Below, in pieces: positions 25,162 through 37,488 of a DNA stretch of 64,000 nucleotides; positions within the stretch are counted from its first letter, which is position 1; each line of letters starts with the position of its first letter. The DNA is from the human T2T-CHM13v2.0 reference genome, Homo sapiens: NCBI RefSeq assembly GCF_009914755.1, contig NC_060930.1; one strand, written 5' to 3'. The translations under genes were made by a program, and so were the position numbers. A model generated the notes under the pieces. The model worked only from the letters and a program-made list of their open reading frames with translations, had not been told where the DNA came from and did no database searches.

Positions 25162-27962
25162 TTTCTTTGTTGATTTTCTGTCTGGACAATCTGTCCAAAG
25201 CTAAAAGTGGGGTGTTGAAGTCTCTAGCTGTTATTGTATTGGTGATCTCTCTCAAGCTCTAATATTTACTTTATATATCTAGGTGCTCCAGTGTTGAGTA
25301 CATGTATATTTACAATTGCTATATCCTCTTGCTGAACTGACCCTTATTCTAGGGTAAAAAATTTGTTTTTTAGCTCTTTAAATATGTCATGCCATTGTCT
25401 CCTGGCCTGTAGGGTTTCCACAGAAAAGTCTTCTGCAAAATGTACTGGAGCTTTTTTGTATGTTGTTTCTTTTCTCTTGCTGCTTTTAGTATCTTTTCTT
25501 TATCCTTTGACCTTTGGGAGTTTGATTATTGAATGCCTTGAGGTAGTCTTCTTTGGTTTAAATCTGCTTGGTGTTATGTAACCTTCTTGGAGTTGGATAC
25601 TGATATCTTTCTCTAAGTTTGGGAAGTTCTCTGTTATTATCCCTTTGAATAAACTTTCTACCCCTATCTCTCTCCCTACCTCTTGTTTAAGGCCAGTATC
25701 TCTTAGATTTGCCCTCTTGAGGCTATTTTATAGATATTGTAGATGTTCTTGTTTTTTAAATTCTTTTTTTCTTTTGTCTCCTCTGAGTGTGTATTTTCAA
25801 GTAGCCTATCATCAAGCTTACTAATTCTTTCTTTTGCTTGATCAACTCTGCTGTTAAGAGACCACTGCATTCTTCAATATGTCAGTTTCATTTTTCAACT
25901 CCACGATTTCTGCTTCTAGTTTTTTCAATGTTTTTGTTAAATTTCTCTGATAGAATTCTTAAATCTTTCTTTGTGTTACCTTCAATTCCACTGAGTTTCC
26001 TCAAAAGCTATGGATTATCTGTCTAAAATGGCACACATCTCTGTCTCTCCAGAATTGGTCCCTGGTGCCTTATTTAGTTCATATGGTAAGGTCATGTTTT
26101 CCTGGGTGGTGCTGATGCTTGTGGATATTCGTTGGTGTCTGGATATTGAAGAGTTAGATGTTTATTATAGTCTTTGCAATCCGGGCCTCTTTGTACCTGT
26201 CCTTCTTGGGAATGCTTTCCTAGATATCAAAGGGATCGGGTGTTGTGATACAAGTTTTTGGTCACTGTAGTCACATCTGCATTATGGGGCACCACAAGCC
26301 TACTAAGGCTGTGGCTCTTGCAGACTTGTAGAGGCACTGCTTTGGTGGTCTTGGATAAGATTCAGATACATTCTCTGGATTACCAAACTGAGACTCCTGT
26401 TCTCTTCCCTTACTTTATCACAAACAAATGGAGTATCTCTCTGTGTGCTGAGCTGCTGGAACTGGGGGAAGGGTGACATAATTAACCCTGTGGCCACCAC
26501 CACTGGGACTGTTCTGAGTCAGACCTGAAGCCAGCACAGAACTGGGTCTTGCCCAAGACCTGCAGCAACTACTACCAGGCTATTGCCTGTGTTCTTTCAA
26601 AACCCTAGGGCTCTACCACCAGCAGGTGGCAAAGCCAGCCAGGCTTGTGTCCTTCCTTTCAGGACAACAAGTTCTCTTGGAGCGTTTCCAGCAATACCAT
26701 CCGGGAGCCAGAGTCTGGAGTCAGAAACCTTAGGAATCTCCCTGGTCCTCTATTCTGCTGTTGCTGAGCTGGCACCCAAAGCACAAGACAAAGCTATTCC
26801 CACTCTTTCCTCCCTTTCCCAAAAGCAGAGGAGTCTCTCCCCATGGCCACCACTGCCCCAGGACTACCTGGCTACTGCCAATGTTCACTCAATGCCCAAG
26901 GGCTCTTTAATCAACTTTTGGTGAGTTCTGCCAGGCCTGAGACTCTCCCTTCATGGCAGTGGGCTCCCTTCTGACTCAGGGCATGTCCAGATATGCCATC
27001 CAAGAGTGAAGGCCTCGAGCTGGGGACCCCAAGAGCCTGTTTGGTGTTCTACCCCACTGCGGCCAAGCAAGACAAAGTCTGCTTTACTCTTCCCTCTCAT
27101 TTTCTAAAGCAGGAATTTCTGCCTGTAGCCACCACAGCTGGGAATGTGCTGGGTCACACCTGAAGCCAGCACATCTCAGTCTCACCCAAAGCCCATGGCA
27201 AGTACTAGCTGGCTACCACTGATGATTTTTCAGGGCCCAAGGGATCTTTAGTCCTCAAGTGATAAATGCTGCTAAGACTGGCTCCTTCTCTTCAAGGCAG
27301 TGGGTTCCTTTCTCACCCAGGGTGTGTCTAGAAATGTTATCCAGGAATTAGGGTCTGGAATGGGGGCTTCAGGACTTTGCCTGGTACCCTGTTCTACTGT
27401 GGCTGAGCTGATATTCAACTTGCAAGACAAAGTCCTCATTACCCTATCCTCTCCTTTCCTCAGGCAGAGGAAAGGAGTCTCTCCTGGAGCTGTGAGCTGT
27501 GCTACCTGGGAATGGGTGAGGGGTGGTGCAACCCCAACTCGTTTAGCTACCCCAGCTGGTGTCTTACTAGGTTGCATGTCCCCAGGTCTACTGGCTCTGA
27601 GCCCAACACAGCACTAGCACTTGCTTAGTGGTAGTCGTTAAGGCTTAGACTGCCTTTTGAGTTTATTTAGGACTCCAGAGTACTTTAGCCTTTGGCGGTA
27701 AAGCTTGGTGGAACTCAGGTTCTGACTGCTGGAATGGGCAATTCCTCTCTGGCTAGGGCTGGTCAAAAAGCTCCCTCCATGGGAGCTGGCTGAGTTCTGC
27801 ACAGTGTTGCTTTCTGCTGTGACAGGGCAGCACTGAGTTCCAATGCAGAATCCCATAATCACTGCATTCTGCCTCTCCCAAATGCACAGATTTTGTCTCC
27901 ATGCCATGTGGCCACTGCCAAGGAATAGGGGAGGAGTGGCATTGACAATTCAACACTTTCTT

Positions 27963-28830
27963 GGCTGGGTGCAGTGGCTTATACCTGTAATCCCAGCACT
28001 TTGGGAAGCCAAGGTGGGAGGATCACTTGAGCTCTGGAGTTCAAGACCAGCTTAGGAAACATGATGAAACCCTATCTCTACAAAAATACAAAAATTAGCT
28101 GGGATTGCTTGAGGCTGGGAGTTCAGTGCTGCAGTTGAAGTGGCTATGTTATTTGGGGTATAAACCCGGGGTATGTTATCACGTGCCAGGAAAATTTAGG
28201 GCATGGACACACATGAGGAGTTTAGGAGTGGAGGTTTAATAGGTAGAAGAGAAGAGAAAGAGAAACAGCTTCCTCTATAGAGAAAGCAGTCTCCGAGTGG
28301 AAAAGGACTGGGTGGCAGCAAAGTGTTGAGTTTTATAGTCCAGTTTGAGGAGGCGGTGTCTTCTGATTTACATGGGGATCACAGATTGATTCAATCAGGT
28401 ATGACGTTTCCATAGTGCTCTGGGAAGGCTGATCGCTCCACCCTAATCTTCTTATGCAAATGGGCCTTCCAGTTGATCGGTGCCATCTTGTCTGCTCCTT
28501 ACAGTGCAGGTGGCTGGCAAAGAAGGGATGGTGGAGCCACCATTTTGAAAATGTCTAGTCCTTAGTTCCTGGGGCATTCACCTGTGCAAGCTCCCAGCTT
28601 GCAGGCTGCTGTTTGTTAGAAAATGATTTGGGGCTGCTTTTCATTAAAAAGAAAAGCCTTACCGAGGACTTCCATGCCCTTGCTATCTGCTTAAATAATT
28701 ACTTCTTAACTCCTATATGACAGTGAGCCATAATTGCTCTACTGCACTCCAGGCTGGGCAACAGAGCAAGACCTTGTCTCAAAATAAATAAATGAATAAA
28801 TGAATAGTAAATAAATGAATGACAAAAAAA
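27963..28830 (+). mobile_element. AluJ split by an LTR (27963-28135 and 28721-28830)
   Basis: Left arm, deleted start of right arm, ...GCTGCAGT | LTR | CAGTGAGCC...GTCTCAAAA tail. Confidence 0.9.
28136..28720 (-). mobile_element. ERV1 solo LTR, MER61/LTR9-like
   Basis: 585 bp, exact 4-bp TSD CAGT; minus strand begins ..ATAGGAGTTAAGAAGTAATTATTTAAGCAGATAG..GTCCTCGGTAAGG..AAAGCAGCCCCAAATC. Subfamily from memory. Confidence 0.8.
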
Positions 28831-30929
28831 AAAGATTTTCTACCTTTCTCAGTGCCTCTTTCAATGATATGAAGTAAAAACCAGGTAGTGTGATTGCTCA
28901 CCTGATTTGTGGTTCTTATGAAGGTGCTTTTTTTGTGTGGATGGTTGTTATGTTTAGTGTTCCTGTAGGGAGGAAGATCAATATAAGCTTCTATTTAGCC
29001 ATCATGCTGTGTCTCTCTCTCTGCTTCTCATGTAGTTAGGGACATTCATGACCCTGAGGCAAACAGTGCTCCCCCATGATACATGGTGCAAGTGATCTAG
29101 CTCAGATTTTTATTAAGAAGTTATATAATGTATAGAATCCACATGCCATCTCCCAAGTAGGTGGACTGCTTATGGACATAGATTTCTCAGGAAGTCATGG
29201 TCTTCACAAAGCCTATATACTTCCCCCTTAACCAGGAATGATGAGCCCCTTTTTTGAGGCAAAATACCCAACTGTGAATAGAGAGGTTTCTTTGTTCAGT
29301 AATGTAGCTCCCAACTTTCTTTGAACCCAGTTGGATAACCAAATTTGATATTTTCTAACCTCAGACCACTGTTGGAGACAATGAATCTACTACATTTCTC
29401 TTCTGTTTTAAAGGAAGTTTATATACACAGTATAGGAGGACAGATGACACACTTTATTGGATTATTTTCCTTAAATTCTTTTAAAAATAATTAAGATAGT
29501 GGCCTATTAAACAAGCATTACTTAATGTAATCAATAGCTCATTTCTTATACTTTAAAATAGAACTGTGATGGACAGGGATGGGTAGAAGGGATGATTAAA
29601 GAATTGGGTGGGAAAGTATAGATTCATTTGACAAATAATATGTTAGTACTGCAGTAAGTCCTTGAAACTCTAATAAGAAAAGTGCAGGACCAATAAAAGA
29701 AAATTTAAAAATTTACCCAGTGAGTAGTTTATTGAGCTCATGCCTTTGGGGAGCATTTTTAGGGAAGCCAGGCAACACCTTCCTGAATTACCTACCATTT
29801 GGCTATGTTATCAATGACTAAATATTAAATAGGGTGGGTCAAGGTCCTTACCTAGTGAAGTTATTTTTCTTTTGCACTTAGGTTCATAAGCAGTCCTAGC
29901 TTCCATGATGGACACTGATAGAAAATCTACTTTTAAGACTGCTCAAAAAGAAAGCTTTGCTGGCGGCTTAGGTACACTTTTGAAAGGGACGTGACATCAG
30001 CAGTGCTTATGAGTTTCTTATGAAAATTTAATGGAACTTGTGATATAAAATGAAATACTGGATCAACTTATGACAGGCTGCCTTTAATGACAGTTCAAGA
30101 TACAAATAACTCATTTCAGAGACCATTTACCTAAGGCTTTTAAATTAAATTTTCTAAGTACCTTGCATATTCAACTCTACATTTAAAGCAAACAGAATTC
30201 CACTTTAGGGAACTGAAGCTATTTATGGTCATTAAAAAATAGATTCAGATAGGCCTTTCAATAAAAGGGTCAGTGTATCAAAAATCTGAAGGATATTACT
30301 GTAAATAAAAATCTTTATTAAGAACTAAAGAGTGCAATTGATTTTAAAGGTTGCTATTCTTTCTGGCACATAATAAAATAAAATAATAATGATCAATACT
30401 AAAATGTTCCCTAGAAAGGAGGAGGTCCTGAAGCAATACAGAGCTCTGTGCCATTGATGAGGATTGCCCAGTACATAAAAGTGATGGGTTGGAGGACTGT
30501 GTGAATGAAACCCAGTTACAAAGGCCAAAGGTCAGCAGTTCACCATTAGGTTTATTTGTTTCTTAGTGAGAAGCGTTGCTCTTAACTCCAGCAAAGACTC
30601 TGTTCACAAAAGGTTTTCACCCAAGTCAATTAGTTAATGTTTGTTGCTTAAAAGTGTTTTGGCAATTACAGCTGGCTCTAAGGAAAATAAATTAGTAATA
30701 TTTGAAATTAGTATTCCTCTCTTAACAGTTTTCTGTATCTATTTCCTTGCTTTTGATCTACCTCTCTGCCACACACTTATACACACCTATAATAGAATAG
30801 AAGACTAAAGCAAACTTATGGAATTAGTGACTCAAAGTGGCATCCATTCTTCCTCATCCCTCCCAGGAATACTGGCCTGTTTAAAGAGAGCCCACAATGT
30901 TTTTCTGAAAGAGAGTCAAACAATGACCA

Positions 30930-31080
30930 ATATTATTATACCCATTTGCATATTGGAGAATTGAGATTGAGGGTAGAATAAACTTCTTATTCAAGGTCAC
31001 ATGGTTAGGAAGTTGCAGAACAAGAATTTATACCTAGATCCAGTTAACTCCCAGGTTCTTGAATGCTAAGCTATGTCACC
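30930..31080 (-). mobile_element. MIR
   Basis: ATTATTATACCCATTT...CAAGGTCACATGGTTAGGAAGT. Confidence 0.75.
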
Positions 31081-31536
31081 TTCCAGTCTCTGGCAGATAC
31101 TTTGCAGGAAATCCCTTAGGAAGATGAGGAAGAGTTCCTGCTCTCCCACAAAGCCACATTATATACCAACCTCTCCTCCACTGGTACACAAAAGCAGTCC
31201 ATCTGGCCCAGGCCTCCTTAAGAAGTTGCCTTAGTTGCTAACTCATGGCTATTTATTCTGACTTTTACCTCAACCTTGGCCTCCCTTTAGATTTGCAGCA
31301 AGCCTTCATTTTTGAATTTTAACTCCTTTCACATTCCATGTTTCTTCCTGTCTCCTTAGGTTTTCACTCTCCTAGGATGACCCAGGTATAGAATCTGCCC
31401 CTATGGTTCGGCTCCACCCTCTCACCTGTCTCTTGAGAGCATTGTGAAATTCTGAGACACAGCAAGGACAGAAACAGAGGGCATGGAAGATGCTTTCAGG
31501 TTGGTTTATTCTTACTGATTAAATTAACACTTCATG

Positions 31537-31921
31537 ATTGTCTCAGTCTGCACAGGCTGCCATAACAAAATACCACAAACTGGGTGGCTTAACGAAATTT
31601 TCTTGCAGTTCTGGAGGCTGAAAGTCCAAGATCAGGGTACCAGCAGGGCTGGTTTCTTCTCAGGCCCCTCTCCGTGGCTTACAGATGGCGTCTTCTTGCT
31701 GTGTCCTCATATGGCCTTTCCTCTGTGCATGGAGAGAGATAGATCTCTGGTGTCTTCTCCTGTTCTTAGAAGGATACCAGTCCTATTAGATTAGGGCCTC
31801 ACTTTTACAATCTCATTTAACCATAATCACTTCTTTAAAGGCCTTATCTCCCAATACAGTCACATTGAAGGTTAGGGCTTCAGACTACAAATTTTAGGGG
31901 AACACAATTCAGTCCATAATA
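31537..31921 (-). mobile_element. MLT1A/B MaLR LTR
   Basis: GCTGCCATAACAAAATACCAC..GTTCTGGAGGCTG..AGTCCAAGATCA..ACACAATTCAGTCCATAA. Confidence 0.9.
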
Positions 31922-32699
31922 ATTATCCAAGTAGAAAGCAGGATACATGAGAATGCAGTAACTTGAGAATCTGACTTTGTTTTTCTCTATATCTGTAAGC
32001 TAAGTCCCAGGCCTTTAGTGAAGGTTTCTTCCACTGCAGATAGAAAGAAAAAAAGGCCTTTATAGACATAAAAATGACTTAAGACATTTGCTTCTCTGAT
32101 ACTCACTTCTGAGAAATGCTTCTTCATCTCTGTGCCCAACCATTTTTCATAACTGTATAGAATGAACATTCATCCTGATTGAGTAGAATAATAAATTTAG
32201 TAGCGCTCATTTGTCCTGACTAATTATTAATAGTGTCTTCTTTTTCTTCCAAAGTTTAGATGACACAGATGTCTAACCTATAAAGGAGTTTTTCAAGTTT
32301 AAGCTATTTTTTTACTAACTAGATTTAAGTAATTTTCTTATTTTCCTCTCCACATGAATATACCAATATATCTCTCATAACCCTTGAAGTTTGTCTCTAC
32401 TTTTCTGAGTTTTGTGCTCCTGCCCCCTCTTCTGTTTGCATCTGTGGGCTTTCTTTCCTTTTACTGTCTTGCTCTGCATGTATGTACTCATATAATCAGT
32501 TTCTGTGAACTCTTGTCTGCTGCCAGGGGATTGGTTTCCTCCAGCTTGTTAACAGCAGTTACAATTTCTCACATTCAACCAATGCTAGAAGTTTGAGAAG
32601 TTAAGATTAGCAGCCACATGAGTTTTAACCAGATTTTAAAATGTGTGATGCTAATTTTATAGCTTTACTTACTACAGAAAAACATCCACACATCTCCTG

Positions 32700-33050
32700 T
32701 GGTAGCAGCTAAGCTGATTAGTGCATGGAGCTAATGAAACCCACAGCTTTGTCTCCCTTCCTAAGGCTGTCCATTGTTGTGTCTTATCTCTAGAGGAGGC
32801 CTGCTTCTATGGTCCTCCCTCTCGTCAGCCAATGATGTTGCTTATTGTTGGTCACTGGGGGCTTGGTAATAGAGAGGATCGGCTTCCTTCCTGCTACTAA
32901 AAAAACAACTTATGGCACTCACTGGGGAAGCAGAGTGCTCAGCAGGACAATCTTCTTATGTTAAGGTCAGCACGTTATTAAATATTCTCCATTAGGAGGT
33001 GATTGGATTAAATAATTAGTGAATGTAAAGTGCTTTAAACTGCTAATTAT
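32700..33050 (+). mobile_element. MamSINE1-like ancient tRNA-derived SINE
   Basis: tRNA-like head CAGCTAAGCTGATTAGTGCATGGAGCTAATGA; body TTGGTCAC.GGGGG, CTACT.AAAAAACAACT, AAGGTCAGCAC; from remembered consensus. Confidence 0.55.
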
Positions 33051-33640
33051 TATGCTTTGTGGGCCTACTTTGCAGATGATCCATAGTCAGTGAATCTATT
33101 ACAAGGCATGAGGAGCAGGATGATGTTCTCTCTCACTTATCTCCATTCCCCATGAGTGTTTACAATTATATCATGGATGAGTTTTGGCATTTTACAGCAT
33201 TCGCAAACGTAATCTACCATGTGACTTCTCAAACTTTGGTACCCAAGAAAAACAGGGCGAGATAGCTAAGGAAACCTTTTTAGGAGAAAAGGAAGATTAG
33301 ATACACTAGATTAGCAAACAGCTCACACTATTAATTATGTATCACCATACCAACATAAGTACTGTAAGTTTGTGTTGTGTAGGGAAAAAAAGAAGCCTAG
33401 AAATAAAGCTCAACTACTGATAGTCTCTTATGGGCTGCTTGCTCTAAAAGTTCAATTTAATCTCCTGTTGCAGCATGGAGATTTGAGAGGTAGAGAAGTA
33501 ATTACTCCTGTCCCTGGAAGATCAGGCTCTTGTCCATTAAGGAATTTAAGCCAGTTTTAGAGATGATTTAAAAAGCTATTTTGACATATACAGTACATAA
33601 ATTTGAATAACCGTATCAGCATGGTTTCCAATAGGTTTTA

Positions 33641-33951
33641 TGTTTGTTTTTGATTTTTTGAGACAGGATCTTGTTCTGTCTCCCAGGCTGAAGTGAAGTG
33701 GTGCAATCATGGCTCACTGCAGCCTTGACTTTCTGGATTTAAGCTCTCCTCTTGCCTGTTCACTCAGCCTCCTGAGTAGCTAGGATCACGGGTGCACACT
33801 GCCACACCCAGCTAATTTTTTTTCTTTTTTTTGTAGAGAGGAGGTTTCTCTATGTTTCCCAGGCTGGTCTTGAACTCCTGGGCTTAAGTAATCCTCCCAC
33901 CTCGGCCTCCCAAAGTGCTGAGATTACAGGTGAGAGCCACTGCATCTGGCC
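33641..33951 (-). mobile_element. AluJ
   Basis: J diagnostics; TSD TCCAATAG(G/A)TTTTA (33627 / 33952). Confidence 0.93.
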
Positions 33952-34704
33952 TCCAATAGATTTTAAATAATATTTCTTTGTTTACAAAATTATTTTGTTT
34001 AGTAGTGACACTTTTCCTTTGCAAACCACAAGAGAACATAACAAAATTTAAATATAAAGCACTCACTCCAAAGTTGGGCTGGAATTGAATGCAGTTGACA
34101 CCATTACTTTTAAGTTATTTTGGAATAGTGTTAGGAGAGGGGAGTATTAAATTAGGAGACAGTGTGTTGTTGAGCATGTAAACCCCAAATGCTATCACTG
34201 CCTTACATATATGGGGGTAGAGTTAAGTGAATCCATGGAAATAGAATATGTCAAGATAAAAGCAAACTAAATATTTAAAAACATTTGCTTATGGTAGATA
34301 ACTAATTATTAAAGGGAAAAGGATTTCTGGAGACAACTGTCACATTCTCTTAGCCCCTTATTACCCCACCCATTTTCCATGTTTGATTTGAAAAGGAATA
34401 AAACAAATGGATAAGCCAGTGATGGGAATCCAGTGAGAAATGACTTTGTATGTCTGTGCTGGCCCCAAGCCTGAGGAAAGCTCTGATTCTGTGTGCAGCA
34501 TTTGAAAATGTTAACTCTCTGAAGGCTTCCTGGAAAGAGGGGGATTGGAGAGAAGAATAAGGAGGGAAGGAGTGAGAAAAACATAATTAACTTCCTGCAT
34601 CTTAGCTAGAGGCAGAGAGCAGCACCACAACCATCTCAGGCCATTAGAGAAGGCAGGCGGGCTGGAATAGAGCGTGAGTAGCATCTCAGGGTGGCTCTGA
34701 GAGG

Positions 34705-35570
34705 CAGCATATACAATGGCTTGAGAGCATGGAGTCTGAATTCAGGCTGCCTCTGGTCATGAATCCAGCTCTCTCTCAGGGGTTAGCTGTTTGTCCTTAG
34801 GCAGATTATTTAATTTTCCTGGGCCTCAGTTTATTTGTCTGTAAAACTGGAATAATAATAGATTGCTATGAAAATTAAAGTGATGGTTTCCAGCTTCATC
34901 CATGTCCCTACAAAGGACATGAACTCATCATTTTTTATGGCTGCATAGTAGTCCATGGTGTATATGTGCCACATTTTCTTAATCCAGTCTATCATTGTTG
35001 GACATTTGGGTTGGTTCCAAGTCTTTGCTATTGTGAATAGTGCCGCGATAAACATACGTGTGCATGTGTCTTTATAGCAGCATGATTTATAATCCTTTGG
35101 GTATATACCCAGTAATGAGATGGCTGGGTCAAATGGTATTTCTAGTTCTAGATCCCTGAGGAATTGCCACACTGTCTTCCACAATGGTTGAACTAGTTTA
35201 CAGTCCCACCAATCATTCTCAGCAAACTATCGCAAGGACAAAAAACCAAACACCACATGTTCTCACTCATAGGTGGGAATTGAACAATGAGAACACTTGG
35301 ACACAGGAAGGGGAACATCACACACCAGGGCCTGTTGTGGGGTGGGGGAAGCGGGGAGGGATAGCATTAGGAGATATACCTAATGTAAATGACGAGTTAA
35401 TGGGCGCAGCACACCAACATGGCACATGTATACATATGTAACAAACCTGTACGTTGTGCACATGTACCCTAGAACGTAAAGTATAATACAAAAAAATATA
35501 TATATATATATAAATTAAAGTGCTTAGAACGATACCTGGGACACTGTAAATGCTATATAAATGCTACTAT
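34705..35570 (+). mobile_element. MIR interrupted by an L1PA
   Basis: GAATCCAGCTC..CCTCAGTTTATTTGTCTGTAAAA before the L1; AAAGTGCTTAGAAC..CCTGG after it. Confidence 0.8.
34883..35511 (+). mobile_element. Young L1PA (approx. PA3-5) 3' end with 5' inversion (34883-35211 inverted; 35212-35511 sense)
   Basis: Minus ORF 34831-35184 is the ORF2 C-terminus; sense part is the 3' UTR; exact TSD AAATTAAAGTG (34872-34882 / 35512-35522). Confidence 0.95.
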
Positions 35571-35879
35571 ACAAAGCAATATTAAAATTGCTGTTGTTAT
35601 CTAAGATAACTTTTGGAAGATAAATTATTGTTCATAAAATAAAATTACTGTTATAATAAAAATATAAAAATTATTATTATTAAAAACTATAAAATATATG
35701 CAAGATGTGCATTTCTAATCCACAACTGAGAATAAATTAATTGTGGTTAACTATTAGTCAATTAACTATTTCCTAATTAACTTGTAGGAAAGACAGTGTG
35801 ATATAAGGGAAAGAGAACTTGACTTTAGAGACCAAATACCTGAATTGAAATTAGGACTCTGCAGCCAGTATATTCCAGA

Positions 35880-36975
<1,096 letters not shown>

Positions 36976-37451
36976 CTATTAATTAACTATATGACCCAGG
37001 AAATCTCACTTTTAGCTCAAATTTTCTTATTTATAAAATAATAAGGTTGAAGGAGAATCTTGATATCTGTGTTTCCCTCCAACTTACAAAGGTTACAATT
37101 CTAAATCATCCCATATCTTCACATAAAGAGATACTACAGTATATTTTGAAAAAGTATAAAAAACAATATATTTGAAATAGGTATAAAAAACTCTTTGAAT
37201 ATAATTACTGCTTTTTTCCCCAGCTTTACACTTCTATTACTTTTAACTCTCTACTAATGTTAGCATATTAAGCACAAATACCATTATTGTTCACAAATTA
37301 ATATAAAAAAAGCCTTTTTATCAAATAAAGGAATGCATAATGGGCTTTTCAGTGAGTAATAAACTAACAGAATCTGTTTATGCCAAGGTGTTCATGATCT
37401 GACAGATTTTCCCAAAATTTAGGGTTGTTGCTATTTAGTAAGAAGTAGGGA

Positions 37452-37488
37452 GCTTACATCTTTCTGTTTATTTTAATTTTAGGTAAGT
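37452..37488 (+). promoter_or_regulatory. Candidate recursive splice site (3'ss immediately followed by 5'ss)
   Basis: CTTAC branch-point motif, AG-free U-rich tract, TTTTAG|GTAAGT. Confidence 0.35.

Noticed and set aside
28545-28570. p53 element in the MER61-like LTR
   Set aside because: The minus strand reads GACTAGACATTTTC; the second core is CATT rather than CWWG, so a full site is not supported.
32700-32750. Functional tRNA gene
   Set aside because: Only a degenerate 5' half; no T-arm/B-box or acceptor stem; continues into a SINE body.
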